Below, piece after piece: positions 1 through 14,916 of a stretch of DNA of 64,000 bases. Source of the stretch: Eledone cirrhosa (lineage: Eukaryota). Where the stretch lies: positions 59,024,001 through 59,088,000 of the forward strand of contig OZ024744.1 in assembly GCA_964016885.1 (NCBI GenBank), in the 5' to 3' direction. The notes under the pieces were generated by a model. The model worked only from the letters and a program-made list of their open reading frames with translations. It was not told the origin of the DNA and made no database searches. Every line of letters starts with the position of its first letter. Position 1 is the first letter of the stretch. The translations under genes were made by a program, and so were the position numbers.

Positions 1-1186
1 CTGGACTGTTGACAGTGGAGTATCTTGGTTATAGACACAGTCCAGTGAACTATACCACACTGTGGTACCTACTTACAGCTAGGTGGACTGTTGACAGTAG
101 AGTATCTTGGTTATAGACACAGTACAGTGAACAATACCACACTGTGGTACCTACTTACAGCTAGGTGGACTGTTGACAGTTAAGTGTCTTGGTTATAGAG
201 ACAGTACAGTGAACTATACCACACTGTGGTACCTACTTACAGCTAGGTGGACTGGACTGTTGACAGTTAAGTGTCTTGGTTATAGACACAGTACAGTGAA
301 CTATACCATACTGCGGTACCTACTTACAACTAGGTGGACTGTTGACAGTTAAGTGTCTTGGTTATAGACACAGTACAGTGAACTATACCACACTGTGGTA
401 CCTACTTACAGTTAGGTGGACTATTGACAGTTAAGTGTCTTGGTTATAGACACAGTACAGTGAACTATACCACACTGTGGTACCTACTTACAGCTAGGTG
501 GACTGTTGACAGTTAAGTGTCTTAGTTATAGACACAGTACAGTGAACTATACCACAATGTGGTACCTACTTACAGCTAGGTGGACTGTTGACAGTTAAGT
601 GTCTTGGTTATAGACACAGTACAGTGAACTATACCACACTGTGGTACCTACTTACAACTAGGTGGACTGTTGACAGTTAAGTGTCTTGGTTATAGACACA
701 GTACAGTGAACTATACCACACTGTGGTACCTACTTACAGCTAGGTGGACTGTTGACAGTTAAGTGTCTTGGTTATAGACACAGTACAGTGAACTATACCA
801 TACTGCGGTACCTACTTTCAGCTAGGTGGACTGTTGACAGTTAAGTGTCTTGGTTATAGACACAGTACAGTGAACTATACCCTACTGCGGTACCTACTTA
901 CAGCTAGGTGGACTGTTGACAGTTAAGTGTCTTGGTTATAGACACAGTACAGTGAACTATACCATACTGTGGTACCTACTTACAGGTAGGTGGACTGTTG
1001 ACAGTTAAGTGTCTTGGTTATAGACACAGTACAGTGAACTATACCACACTGTGGTACCTACTTACAGCTAGGTGGACTGTTGACGGTTAAGTGTCTTGGT
1101 TATAGACATAGTACAGTGAACTATACCATACTGCGGTACCTACTTACAACTAGGTGGACTGTTTACAGTGGAATATCTTGGTTATA
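1..1186. repeat. 82-bp tandem minisatellite, about 14 copies (runs off window start)
   Basis: Unit ACTGTTGACAGTTAAGTGTCTTGGTTATAGACACAGTACAGTGAACTATACCACACTGTGGTACCTACTTACAGCTAGGTGG recurs at 5, 87, 169 and onward. Confidence 0.97.
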
Positions 1187-1456
1187 ATTTAACTAGCACA
1201 GGGCTTCATTTGTCTTAAATCCGAGACTAGATGTTACATATGTATGACGAGGAACTAATATAAAGTTCTCTGTTGGATTTGTGTCAATTAAAAACTTTGT
1301 GCTTGCAGAAATGAATCGTCACCTTGAAAATTGATCAGAAGGATCAAAGAGAGAGAGTTGAAAGTTTCCCCTCGAACGCAGATTGTTCCATACTGGTCAA
1401 TATCGCCAAAGTGGTCAAAGAGCTGAAACGAGTGCCGCAAAGCATTCTATCAGACG

Positions 1457-1620
1457 TTCTAATATAGGCACATGGCTAGCAATTTTAGGGAAAGGAGAAA
1501 GTCGATTATACTGACTCCAGTATTTGACTGCTACTTTATTTTATCAACCTCGAAGGAATGAAAGGCAAAGTTTACCTTGGTGAGATTTGAACTCAGAACG
1601 CAAAGAGCAGGAACAAACTC
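1457..1620 (-). mobile_element. tRNA-derived SINE (Meta/MESC-like central domain), degenerate
   Basis: Reverse complement of B-box GAGTTCAAATC, then TTTGCCTTTCATTCCTTCGAGGTTGATAAAATAAAG and the GTGCCTATATTAGAA tail shared with other copies. Confidence 0.8.
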
Positions 1621-1789
1621 TCTAACGGCGCCCTGTCAGTAAATTCACCGCACAAGCACGTGATTTTGTTTGAAAAAAACACATAAATTTGGTTGTTTTG
1701 CAACGAGTGTAGAGTTTCGTATCTGCTTGCTCTCGAGATTAAAAAAAAAAAAAATAAAATAAAATAAAATAAATAATAATAATAATAAT

Positions 1790-1826
<37 letters not shown>

Positions 1827-3164
1827 CATATATATGTGTATGGTGTCCCGTGAGTTTTAGGTAGGTTAATAACTTTTTTTCCTTTATAACAAATGATTCT
1901 AACACTATTGCATTTTGTTCCTTTTTTCTTATACACACTTTAATTGGCTGTTTCTTTTATTTTAGAATAGTATTTTTCAAACAAACAAGCTATTGTGAAG
2001 CTAAATCTGACTGGAACACGAATTATGTTGCTCCCTCTTACTACAATATGAATAATGGCGTCCGCTTTTATTGAAACACGAACTACGTCGGTCACTCTTA
2101 CTGAAACATGAATTTACCTTTTACTTTCAAGATTCGACGAATCTATTTTATAAATGGCTTTATTATATTTAAAGATTAATGGCTTTTTTCTCTTGTTAAA
2201 GCCATGATGAACCTGAAGAGAACCTGAAAATGTTATCCTGTAAATTCGTTTTGTCAAATAATCGATTCTGTACAAGAATCGAAAGATAAAAAAAAAATAA
2301 TAAACGTCTACACAAAGAACGGACTACAATGATAAATTGAAACCGGCTCGCGGAATCTGTTTTATATCGCAAACTTCAAAGATATCTAAAGATCAGAGAC
2401 ACGTGACTTGTCAAATAACTTTTCTTCTTTACTTTTAAGAAACTGTCTAAAAATGTTGTCTCTTTTAGGAGCCCTTTCTGTGCGGGACAATATTCAATAC
2501 TTTTAAAGGTATCACGCTTAAATCCGCAATTAGCGTGCTTTCGGATTCAGCCCCACTGCTTGGCATTTTGAGCAAGCATCTTTTATAACCAAGTTAACAA
2601 ATTCTTTGTGAATGAAATTTGGAGCTTGTCGAATGACTAAAATCTTGAAAAGAGTAAATGTTTAGAAAACCAAGTTAAACTTCTTTTTTTTCACTCGTCA
2701 ATTTCACAGAGAAATCGACTTGTTTGTATTACCATCCTTCGAAAATTGAACTGTAAGCACATTGCTTTACTCCAAATTGGTTCAATAAGGTCTAATTCCA
2801 TATTTTGAATATTATATCGGACACTGTGAACAATTATAAACCAGCATAGACATATTGGTAACCTGTTCAATGTCAACTCTAAAACCTTTTTTCTTTTTAA
2901 ACAATTCCGAACTCGTTCGAAGAATTACATATTGCAAACATTAAGTATATTTACTATTTGCTGACCAAAACCACCTGTTTCGTTGGTAATGTCACTTTAA
3001 AATTTTTTTTTTTCGAACTTCATTTTTTTTTTTTTTTTTTTTTTTTAGTTTTCAGATACGTTAAAATGTTTGTCATTTTAATCTTTAGAAACGACTATCG
3101 TAGCGTTAATAAGTACCTGCAGAAAACGGTTTAGCCCCACCCCACAAGGACATTCATGCTGTCA

Positions 3165-4150
3165 CGGTTACTACATTAGGGAATGACGCTTCAGTATTAT
3201 CAATAGCGCCAAAGTGGGCAGCTGAATTGATGAAGGTAAAGAAGTCTTGAAGATTACCCAAGGTCCGGACGTCTTGCTACTGCCACCACCGAGGAAAACA
3301 TTGACCGTGTTCACCACATGGTGATGGATGACAGATAATTGACTATAAATGAAATAACCAATGCTATTAATATATTCCGTGAGAGTTGAGAATATTACGC
3401 ACAGTGAACTTTGCACGACAAAGGTTTCTACTGGGTGGGAGACCACGTTTTCGGACACCTGATGAAAACCGCACCAGGAGGCACATCATGGGGGAAAACA
3501 GAACATTGTTGTTTGAGGCAGGTCCAGCTGGTTTTCATGACTGTTTCCTAACCCAAGATGAGTGCTGTGTTCATCACTATGAGCCAGAGACGGAGACGAT
3601 CAATGCAGTGGAAACACCTCTCCTCACCTGCTCCAAAGAAGGCTAAGGGCATTTCATTTGCAGGAACGGTGATGGCCTCAGTTTTGAGGTATGCAACAGA
3701 CATTATGGTTATTGACTATCTACAAAAGGGCCACACCATCAATGGAGAAGTACTATACCAACTTGTTGAAGCCGGCATGAAAGGCTTTCAAAACCAACTG
3801 CCTAGGAAAACTGATGAAAATGGTCGTTTTATCACGACAATGCTCCGGTACACATGTCTTCGGTTTCAATGGCTGCTGTGTATGACTGACTGTCTTTGAA
3901 TTGGTTGATCACCCTCCCTATTCTTCTGATTTCATCTGACTATCATCTGCTCCCCAACATGAAAAAACATTGGGAACCGGTATCGCAGTGGTGATGTCAT
4001 ATCTGCTGTTGATGACATTTTTTATTATTACCAACAGGATGAAAGCTTCTTCAACAATGGGATCCAAGAACTGCAACACCAATGAAAGAAGCGCGTGGAC
4101 CGCAAGGGAGACTGTTGAAAAATAAACCTCATTCGGCCACAGTCCATCGA
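3165..4150 (+). pseudogene. Tc1/mariner transposase relic
   Basis: Frameshifted segments QDECCVHHYEPET, MQWKHLSSPAPKKAK, AGTVMASV, DYLQKGHTING and HPPYSSD (YSPDL-like). Confidence 0.9.
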
Positions 4151-5731
4151 TCTCTTTGCGGCAATATTTTACTATGGGTGGGGCGAATATGAAATTAACA
4201 TATGTAATTGTCTTACCTTTTAAATCTCGTTCGCATTTAGCACGATTGCTATACGTGAATGGATTGATGTTATCTGAAACTTTTCTGCAAACACAGCGTC
4301 TATTTTGAATGTTGCATCCTTTAAACTGTATTTTGAAACTTTGAATAATATTGACGGCTGAAAGTGGAAAAGAAATTGTTATATTATGTCTTAGTTGGTA
4401 CTAATTAAGAAATCACTTTACGTTGAACATTTACTGGTGTTAATCAAGGAATTCAGTGGTTTGACACTTTTAATTCTTTAGAAAATGATTAATATTAATT
4501 TTGTAGCATTATTTGCATATATAATGTACTGGGTAATTGCTGGCCTTGTGCCAAAAGTAGAAACAATTATTTGCATTTTTTTTTTTTTTTTTTATGCCTA
4601 TGACCAATACGGGCATAGAGAAGGTTTGTATATTGTACAAACATCGACTCAAATCAGAAATAACTTTGTGCAAGGTGTGTAAAGACACGGGTTAAGGTCA
4701 TTTCTCTCCGCTAAAAGCAGAGGTTAGCTTTGTGGTCTCTGTGACGGGCTTTATAATCAGCATGGAGTCATTAGGGTTGTCATAAAAAAATACATTCAAC
4801 CGCAAAGTCAGTCCAGAAATTCTTTCCTAAAACGTATTAGCTACGTGTCAGTAATATCGCAGCTCTGATCTCTCAAATCTGAGAAGAAACGGCTCTACTT
4901 GGAACGACTCTCTGAACTCCAATTTACGCATTCTATCGAGTTACGCATTCGGAGGAACCCTATTTCAACCGTTTGTATTCACAATCGTACTTCGGTCATT
5001 TCCTAAGATTTTTGACCATACGAATAACGAATTGAAGATAGCAAGTTTGGCTGTTATACCTTTTCATTATCGAATGCTGAAGCTGGCACATTACTGCACC
5101 AGCTACTGTTCTAAAAATATATTGCAGTCTCCATCTCGTGCTTTAAAAATTGGCGATGGGCCTGTGACCTGCCGTGGGAGACGTGGGATGGACGCAGAAA
5201 TATTACGTGTCCTGTGAAATCAGTTTGAAAGAGTAAACCGTAATTCTCGACATCGTCAATGCTGTTTATTCTAAACCTTATGCACACAGTATCTAAATAA
5301 GACAAAATTATCCAATGTACATTGTACAACACCGAGAAAAATATTCCCGATTGTTGTACAAATTAACAAAGTATATTTAATTTTGTGACAACATTTGAAC
5401 CCCCTCTCTCCTCCTATGGCTTTATGCGGGATCTTATTGGTCAGGAGTAATCTCCTCCAAATTCTGATAGCTAGTTCTTCCTGATCTGTAATTGTTGATT
5501 AAATCCTGTATAATGTATTGAAACCTCAGATATATACCGAAGAACTGTTTATAAAGTCTACACCTAATTTGCTTTATCTTCCGCCATACATGGCTGTTAT
5601 TAATCCTTTAGGGAACACGTCCAGTAAACTGTTAGTCTTTTGAAAATGGCGCTGTCACTGAAGTGGCAATGCAATATCTACACTGTTGTAGAGATTTCAG
5701 TGCCATTTTAGTGATGTCATTATTACATTTA

Positions 5732-6575
5732 GGGTGGTGGATTGGCAGTATCGGTAGAGCACCGGACACCCTGCTTTGCAGCATAGTTAAACCCCTTAAA
5801 TTCTGAGTTAAAATACCGTCGAGGTTAGCTTTACCTTTCATACTTATGGGATCAATAAAATAAAGCCCTAGTACTGGGATCGATTTAATCGCTCTACAGA
5901 GGGGTGTTGACAAAACAGCGTGCGCCCAAAGGGGCAGTGTCTGAAAATAGGTTGGGAAACCCAGCCCTAAAATATCAATCCTTATTTAGTGACGAAAGGT
6001 GTCCAGCATCGGCGGGCTCTTTTGCTAGTATAATATATATCCTGGTATATAGGGGGGGGGGGGGGGGGGGTCTTAATAAACTAATATACTGTTGTTGAGA
6101 TTGCACTGCTATTTTAGTGGCGTCATAATTACATTTAGTTTGGCAGATTGGTAGTATCGGTAGAGCACCGGAGACCCTGATTTGTAGCTTGGTTGGACCC
6201 TTTATGTTCTGAGTTAAAATACCGCCGAGGTTAGCTTTGCCTTTCTTACTAACGGGATCGATAAAATAAAGTACGAGTGAAGCATTAGGATCAATTTAAT
6301 CGACTCTACACTCCCCCATCAAATAGCTCGATTTGTGCCTAAAATAAAAGCCTTTATTATTAAGGGTGGGGGATTGGCAGAATCGGTAGATTGTCAGACA
6401 CCTTGCTTTGCAACATAATTACACTTCTTTACGGCCTGAGTTCAAATCCTGCGTAGGTTATCTTTGCCCTTCATACTTACGGGATCAATAAAATAAAGTA
6501 CTTGGATCGATTTAATCGACTTTCCCCTCTCACAAAATTGCTGGCCTTGTGCCTAAAGTAGAAACAATTACAATT
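5732..6575 (+). mobile_element. Three nearby copies of the tRNA/Meta-type SINE (about 5732-5900, 6138-6360, 6363-6575)
   Basis: Each has A-box TGGCAGTATCGGTAGA, B-box-like GAGTT(A/C)AAAT and GCCTTTCATAC..GGGATCAATAAAATAAAG. Confidence 0.85.
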
Positions 6576-6689
6576 AAAATTTCTAGCTCAGGTAATATCG
6601 TATTTTTTCTATGGTGAACTCTAAAACAAAATGTTTCAAAAGGTGTCGTTCCTAATACTGTATATATAATGCCAGTTAGTGCTACTGGT

Positions 6690-6960
6690 AACATGTATCC
6701 CAGTACAACCTGTCTCATGGTCGGGTCGTTGCCGACTAAACTGGCAACCCCACCAAGGTTTCTTGGTGAGGAGGGTGACTTTGGACATCCTGCAGGACTA
6801 AAACAATACCTGTTAAAGGGCAAAGGACCTCTTAAGAGTTAATGGCCATCCAAAATCACCGGGAGAGATGACCCCTTAGCCTTTGTCAAGGCAGAATTCT
6901 AGGAGAAGGAAAACTCTGATATAACACCTGCAACCCTGATGGTATCCAATGATGTTGACT
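6690..6960 (+). mobile_element. Probable RTE-type 5'UTR fragment
   Basis: GC-richer structured island containing GGTGAGGAGGGTG and CTAGGAGAAGGAAAACTCTGA, motifs I recall from RTE 5' regions. Confidence 0.45.
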
Positions 6961-7615
6961 TGTTCTTCTTGTTGTATTTTGATGTTTCAGAATACAAACA
7001 TTAATTAAAAACTTACTCCACGAAAAGACAGCATGTGTTGTCCTACATATAAATACATACATACACACACATTCACAGACAATGGTGTTGTTGCCGTTGT
7101 TGGTGTCGCTGCTGTTGTTGTTGTAGTTGTAGTTGTTGCTGTGTTGAAATCTGATCGCATCCACTGAGATATACATATACACACACATATACATATGTAT
7201 ATACACATACATACATCAAAAGAGTTAGCAGTGTCAACAGGTCAGTCACCTTAGATAGAGTAATGAGTAATATGGGGAGCGAGTGTAGACGTTATTGTTA
7301 TTGTGGTGGTGGGGGTCAGTGAGATGTACAAGTTCATAGTTCACTTGTCTCTTTTCCTCTCTCTTCAAAATTTTGAATTTATGACCTTTTGCAATGGCGG
7401 ACAAGTATATATATATAATATATAAGAAGCAAAGAAAAGCATTGATATATATATATGTATGTAAAATGTAAACAGAAATAACAACACATATACTAATGAA
7501 CATGTTTTTACATTAAACACAGAGGGACATCTATAAATGATAACAATATTTAGATATAAATGTACATATCTCTATTGGACTCATAATTTTTTTTTTTTAT
7601 TCCCTTGTGTGTAGC

Positions 7616-7773
7616 ACTTGAGGCAAGAGTGGTTGTCTTGCTAGCATAGGACTGTCTGGCGGGTTTTCTACAGTTGGATGCCCTTCCTAACACCAACCAC
7701 ATTTACAATGTGGAACTGGGAGGTTTTTACCGTGTTACCTACACGGCCACATTACAGCGTGGACTGTGTGTTT
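7616..7773 (-). mobile_element. 3'UTR fragment of RTE family B
   Basis: Near-identical to 8900-9057 and its counterpart in the 18048-18597 copy. Confidence 0.9.
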
Positions 7774-7844
7774 TATCTATATATATATATGTATCTGTCA
7801 CCAAATACATATATATATATGTATTTGACATAGCACTCAGTGCT

Positions 7845-9388
<1,544 letters not shown>

Positions 9389-9402
9389 TATATATATATA
9401 TG

Positions 9403-9467
<65 letters not shown>

Positions 9468-9469
9468 GT

Positions 9470-11245
9470 ATAAGTAAGATGTATGGTAGGTCGTATGTGA
9501 ATCGCGATGATCACGTCTGACTTACCAAATATGTGACGGTAGCTAGTTAAGCTCTATGCGTATACGCAGAGCAGAAAAGATCGAACGGACCACATCCGGC
9601 AACCACTGGCTATTAGATCCACAGGTACATCTCCCAGAGAGTCCACGCAGATAATAGTGAACCCCAGGTGATCTATGAACGTTTAAACAAGACCAGCTGC
9701 GCCTGGAGCTATGCAGATGACTACATACGCATAATGGATATCGTGCCTGGAGCTATGCAGGGGACTGCATAGGCAGAATGGATATCGCGCCCACACGGTC
9801 ACCAGTACTGTTCATCCTGTTATATGTATGTAAATATCCGTGCGCGGGATATCCCTGAGTACATTTTCTTGACCATCAATTGTTAATCAATTGTTTGTTA
9901 ATTAGGCAGGAATGTACCATTGTGTCTGTGCTAGTCCTATGTGTTGCTGTGTGTGTGTAAAGTATCCGAGCGCGGGATATCCCTGAGCTAATTCTGCCTG
10001 ACCGTTAATAGTGTTCTGATTACTTGTTGATTGGGCAGGAATATATATTGTTGTCTTTGTTGATCCTGTATCAATAACTTTGTGATAATTTTGTAATAAT
10101 TTTATGATAATTTGATAATTTTGTAATGATTTTGTGGTAATTTTGTGATGATTTGATAATTTTGTAATGATTTTGTGGTAATTTTGTAATAATTTTGTAA
10201 TAATTTTTAATCCTGTATCAATAATTTTATAATAATTTTTTGTGATAATACATGGTTAGATCACTGAAGCTACCTTATACCTTCTTAAAAATACATTTTA
10301 TAATTATTGTCTTTTTGCTTATGTATTTTCTTAGTTACCACTTTCTTTAATCTTGCCCAACTTGATAAACTCCTTGAATTGCTCCCTAATTAAATTACTT
10401 AAATTGCTTAGATTATTGTATCTATTATGCCTAAGTTGTATCTGTTGAAGCAGCCCTTTGAAAATTCCTCGAATATCCCAAATACCGTAATTTTTAATTT
10501 TTAACTTTTAATGTATAATTTTCTTCAATTCGTTTTTATATTTATCCTTAAAGGGTCTCTAAAATTTTAATTCTTCGAAGCGTCTCTCGGAAGAAGTTCC
10601 TATTAGAAATATTAAAGGGGCCTTTTCTGAGAGATTTATGGAAGGCTCTCTGAATTAACCTCTAATTGATTAGTTTCTTTCAACCTAGTTTTCAATTCAG
10701 TTTTCTGAATTTTGTAAACGTGATCTCGGGGGAAGAAGGTTTTTTTCTTTCGGAAAAAATTTTTTTTCTCTAGAAGAAATTTCATAGGAACTTTATATAT
10801 TTTTTAGGGAAACTTTATATTTTTATTTTCTTATTTTATTAGCCTCTTAATTTTCTTCTAGTCTAATAGGTTTATTGGAGCCTGTAAGCTTTATGCACTC
10901 ATTGAGGGATTTTCTAAGGTGCTTCTACGGGACCCCAAGTCTTTTAGTTTAATGTTGATGCGTAAATTATATATTATTGTCTAATTTTTAAACTTCAATC
11001 CCTGACCCCGACAACTATTATAAAAGAGCCCCCTTAGAATATTGACCCCAACTATACAAGCGGAGTTGCTGATGTATACCACAATTTCAAACTGCTAGCC
11101 TTGAGTGATACGTTGATGTAAACAATGATCTTGCAATCACATGTTATATGCCTTGATAAGTCCCACCATGGGGTCGGACGAAACGGCTGTCGGCAATAAA
11201 CTTGTTATAATGTCATAATAGTTCCTTTGTTCTTTTTCACTAATA
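9470..11245 (+). mobile_element. Non-coding ~1.8-kb element between TA arrays, ending in a hammerhead and AATAAA (Penelope-like non-autonomous?)
   Basis: No ORF; internal duplications (9700/9745, 9834/9962); AT minisatellite at 10070-10250; hammerhead at 11149-11195. Confidence 0.5.
11149..11195 (+). ncRNA. Type I hammerhead ribozyme, U3-A8 variant
   Basis: TGCC-TTGATAA-GTCC..GGAC-GAAAC-GGCT-GTC-GGCA: stems I and II pair perfectly, GUC cleavage site. Confidence 0.85.
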
Positions 11246-11257
11246 TATATATATATA

Positions 11258-14200
11258 GTGTTAGGAAGGGCATCCAACCAGTGTATCAATGCCAAAAAGC
11301 TTATCAGCACAGCAACAAAACAGCATAGAAAAATATGAAGACGTCGCATCTCAGAGTTGCAACACTTAATGTTGGCACTCTCAGAGGTAGATCTGCTGAA
11401 ATAGCGGAGATGCTGGAGAGAAGGCAGGTGGATGTGTGCTGCGTGCAAGAGGTGAGATGGAGAGGTGCCTCTGCGAGACTAGTCGTAGGCAAGCGTCTTA
11501 GCTATAAGCTATTCTGGGTAGGTAAGGATGATGGGTTAGGGGGAGTAGGCATTTTCCTGGCTGAGAAATGGATCAATAAGACAATAGAGGTAGTTCGAGT
11601 TAGTAATCGAATAATTAAGCTTAGATTAGTTGTAGGTAGGAGACTACTGACAATCATCTCGGTCTATGCCCCCCAAGCAGGCCTAGGCAAAGATGAGAAA
11701 GACTGCTTTTATGAGCAACTTTTGCAAACAACCACAATGACAGAGGACGGAGACATCGTTATGCTAGCAGGAGACTTCAATGGTCATGTTGGACAGCTCC
11801 AGGATGGTTACACTGGGGTACATGGTGGGCATGGTTACGGTTCAAGAAATGAAGAAGGAGTGAGACTTCTTGAATTTTGTGATGCAAGTACATTGACTAT
11901 TTGCAACACAAACTTCCAGAAACCTGCCAATCACCTAATAACCTACAAATCTGGTGAGCACATAAGCCAGATTGACTTCCTGCTAGTTAGGCAGCGGGAC
12001 AGGCAGATAGTGTCTAATACCAAGGCATACCCTGGGGAAGAATGTACCCCACAGCATAGGTTAGTTGTTAGTGATATCTCAGTAAGCAAGAGATGGAATG
12101 AGCCATATAGGAAGGTGTGGAGAAGAAAGGTCTGGAAGCTAAAAGACCTTTCACTAAAATTCAAATTTAGGAAAGCCCTTCAAGATGTATATGACGAAAA
12201 AGAAGACGATTTAGAGACGTATGACATAGATAATAACTGGAAGTTCTTACGTGACAACTTGCTGAAGGCTACTGATGAAACTTGTGGCTGGAGCAGAGCC
12301 CCAACCAGACAGAGAGTGACCTGGTGGTGGAACAGCAGTGTAGATAAGGCTATTAGAGACAAAAGACTAGCATGGAAGGCTTGGAATAAGGGTGGGAGTA
12401 GGGAAGAATATACAGCCACTAAGAGAGAAGCTAGACGTCAGGTGTACTTAGCACGCAGGGAGGCAGAGAGTAGGAGGTTTGCCAATGTTCTGCGACGGGA
12501 AGATCAGAGGCGTGCGATGTTCCACATTGCAAGGCAGTGTGTCAATGCAAATCAGGATGTTGTTGGTGATAAATGTGTCCGGGATGATGCCGGTGTACTT
12601 AGTGTCACGAATGACCAGAAAAAGGAGGCCTGGAAATGCCATTATGAGAGACTGATGAATGTGGAGAACGAATGGGAGAGAGAGAAATTACCCTTGGTAG
12701 ATCCGACAGAGGGACCAGCTATTGAGATTGACGAATATAGGGTCCAAGAGGCGATTAGGGAAATGAAAAATGGTAAGGCGGCCGGACCATCGGGAATAGT
12801 TGCTGAGATGCTGAAGGCATCAGGGGACGTAGGCACTAAACTGGTTGCACGCATAATCAATCAGGCTATATATGGTGGTGTCATACCCAAAGACTGGTGC
12901 AGCAGTATTCTCATAAATTGCTACAAAGGTAAAGGGGATGCTTTGGAGAGGAGCAATTATAGGGGTATAAAACTGATAGATCAGGTTATGAAAGTGGCAG
13001 AAAGGATTTTAGCACAACTAATTAGAGAAAGGGTCAAACTAGATGAGATGCAGTTTGGTTTTGTGCCTGGGAAGAGTACAACAGATGCCCTCTTCTTGGT
13101 GAGACAAATGCAAGAGAGGTTCTTAGAGAAGAATAAGCCACTTTACTTGGCCTTTGTTGACCTAGAGAAGGCCTTTGATAGGGTACCCCGATCTGTCATC
13201 TGGTGGTCCCTAAGGAAGCTGGGTGTTGAGGAATGGCTTGTAAGGACAGTGCAAACTTTGTACAGAGGTACTCTCAGTAAAGTCAGGGTAGGAATGGAGT
13301 TTAGTGAGGAATTCCAGATACAAGTAGGAGTACATCAGGGTTCGGTCCTCAGCCCGCTCTTGTTCATTATAGTCCTCCAAGCCATAACAGAGGAGTTTAA
13401 GACTGGCTGTCCATGGGAACTTCTCTATGCTGACGATCTGGCTCTTATGGCAGAATCAGTAGAGGAGCTAGAGAATAAATTCCGGCTATGGAAACAGCAG
13501 TTGGAAGCAAGAGGACTGAGAGTAAATCTAGCTAAGACAAAAGTGTTGATGAGTAGAAAAGAGGACAAAACCCTGATTCCGTCAGGGAAATGGCCATGTT
13601 CGATATGCAGAAAAGGAACTGGCATAAATTCTATAAAATGCACACAATGTAGGTCCTGGGTACACAAGAGATGTAGCGGGATAGCAGGCAAACTAACAGG
13701 TAGGGAGAAATATGTATGCAGTAGATGTACAGGGAAATTAGACAGTAGAAGTCGCACTGATAGACACATTTTTCAAATGCGAGAGGGCGCTATAGAAGTG
13801 GTGGATAGCTTCCGGTACCTAGGAGATCAGATTAGCATGGAAGGAGGGTGTTCCGAGGCCATAGTATCTAGAATAAGGACGGGTTGGAAGAAGTTTAGGG
13901 AGCTGCTTCCTCTGTTGACGAAGAAGGGTTTCTCCCTGCGTACGAAAGGCCGGTTGTATGATGCCTGTGTGAGGAGCGCGATGCTGCATGGTAGTGAGAC
14001 ATGGGCAGCTACCGCAGAAGATATGCGACGGCTGGAGAGAAATGAGGCAAGCATGCTCCGTTGGATGTGCAGTGTAAATGTGCGTGAACGACCCAGCATA
14101 AATGTGTTGAGAGAGAAACTGTGTCTGAGAGGGATAGAATGTAGTGTACGGGAGAGGAGACTGAGGTGGTATGGACATGTGATGCGCATGGAGGATGACC

Positions 14201-14423
14201 GATGGGTGAAGAAGTGCCAGGAAATGCCAGTTGAAGGAAGACGTAGTAGAGGTAGACCACGAAAAACATGGGCGGAGGTGGTGAGAACAGACCTCAGATC
14301 ATTGAAGCTCACGGTGGAGATGACGAGGGACCGTGACGAGTGGAGAGATGCTGTGCTGAATAAGACCCGTCCCACCCTTGCAAGCAGGGAAAAGCGGACG
14401 TAAAATGATGATGATGATGATGA
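11258..14423 (+). mobile_element. Near full-length RTE LINE family A
   Basis: 5'UTR begins GTGTTAGGAAGGGCATCC; single intact ORF; (ATG)n tail; embedded in TA arrays. Confidence 0.95.
11335..14403 (+). CDS. RTE ORF: APE endonuclease + reverse transcriptase with inserted PHD finger (1022 aa, uninterrupted)
   Basis: TLNV, CVQE, GDFNGH, IDF, PQHRL (APE); [32 protein letters not shown] (RT); C-terminal GRPRKTW and RDRDEWR. Confidence 0.97.
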   Translation: MKTSHLRVATLNVGTLRGRSAEIAEMLERRQVDVCCVQEVRWRGASARLVVGKRLSYKLFWVGKDDGLGGVGIFLAEKWINKTIEVVRVSNRIIKLRLVVGRRLLTIISVYAPQAGLGKDEKDCFYEQLLQTTTMTEDGDIVMLAGDFNGHVGQLQDGYTGVHGGHGYGSRNEEGVRLLEFCDASTLTICNTNFQKPANHLITYKSGEHISQIDFLLVRQRDRQIVSNTKAYPGEECTPQHRLVVSDISVSKRWNEPYRKVWRRKVWKLKDLSLKFKFRKALQDVYDEKEDDLETYDIDNNWKFLRDNLLKATDETCGWSRAPTRQRVTWWWNSSVDKAIRDKRLAWKAWNKGGSREEYTATKREARRQVYLARREAESRRFANVLRREDQRRAMFHIARQCVNANQDVVGDKCVRDDAGVLSVTNDQKKEAWKCHYERLMNVENEWEREKLPLVDPTEGPAIEIDEYRVQEAIREMKNGKAAGPSGIVAEMLKASGDVGTKLVARIINQAIYGGVIPKDWCSSILINCYKGKGDALERSNYRGIKLIDQVMKVAERILAQLIRERVKLDEMQFGFVPGKSTTDALFLVRQMQERFLEKNKPLYLAFVDLEKAFDRVPRSVIWWSLRKLGVEEWLVRTVQTLYRGTLSKVRVGMEFSEEFQIQVGVHQGSVLSPLLFIIVLQAITEEFKTGCPWELLYADDLALMAESVEELENKFRLWKQQLEARGLRVNLAKTKVLMSRKEDKTLIPSGKWPCSICRKGTGINSIKCTQCRSWVHKRCSGIAGKLTGREKYVCSRCTGKLDSRSRTDRHIFQMREGAIEVVDSFRYLGDQISMEGGCSEAIVSRIRTGWKKFRELLPLLTKKGFSLRTKGRLYDACVRSAMLHGSETWAATAEDMRRLERNEASMLRWMCSVNVRERPSINVLREKLCLRGIECSVRERRLRWYGHVMRMEDDRWVKKCQEMPVEGRRSRGRPRKTWAEVVRTDLRSLKLTVEMTRDRDEWRDAVLNKTRPTLASREKRT

Positions 14424-14427
14424 TATG

Positions 14428-14542
<115 letters not shown>

Positions 14543-14619
14543 GTATGTATATATATATATGTATATATATATATATGTATGTATATATATATATGTATAT
14601 ATATATATGTATATATATG

Positions 14620-14652
<33 letters not shown>

Positions 14653-14850
14653 GTATATATATGTATATATATACATATATATATGCATATATATATATAT
14701 ATACATATATATATACATATATATATATACATATATATATACATATATATATATACATATATATATATATGTATGTATATATATATGTATATATATATAT
14801 GTATATATACAATATTAAATAAATGGAAACTATATTTATAAAACCATATT

Positions 14851-14916
14851 TATTTCATTATATATATTTCAGGGATATCATATTAACAATATGCTATGCC
14901 TTCCTCAGACAAAATA
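14851..14916 (-). ncRNA. Type I hammerhead ribozyme
   Basis: TATTTTGT-CTGAGGA-AGG..CCT-GAAAT-ATAT-ATA-ATGAAATA; 8-bp stem I with two G-U pairs. Confidence 0.75.

Noticed and set aside
1-1186. CRISPR-like array
   Set aside because: Units are near-identical throughout, with no unique spacers and no cas genes; the context is eukaryotic.
1322-1365. TTGAAAA plus hairpin as a hammerhead
   Set aside because: No GAAA after the stem and no stem I or III.
5732-6575. tRNA genes
   Set aside because: A/B boxes are SINE heads with no cloverleaf, followed by SINE body.
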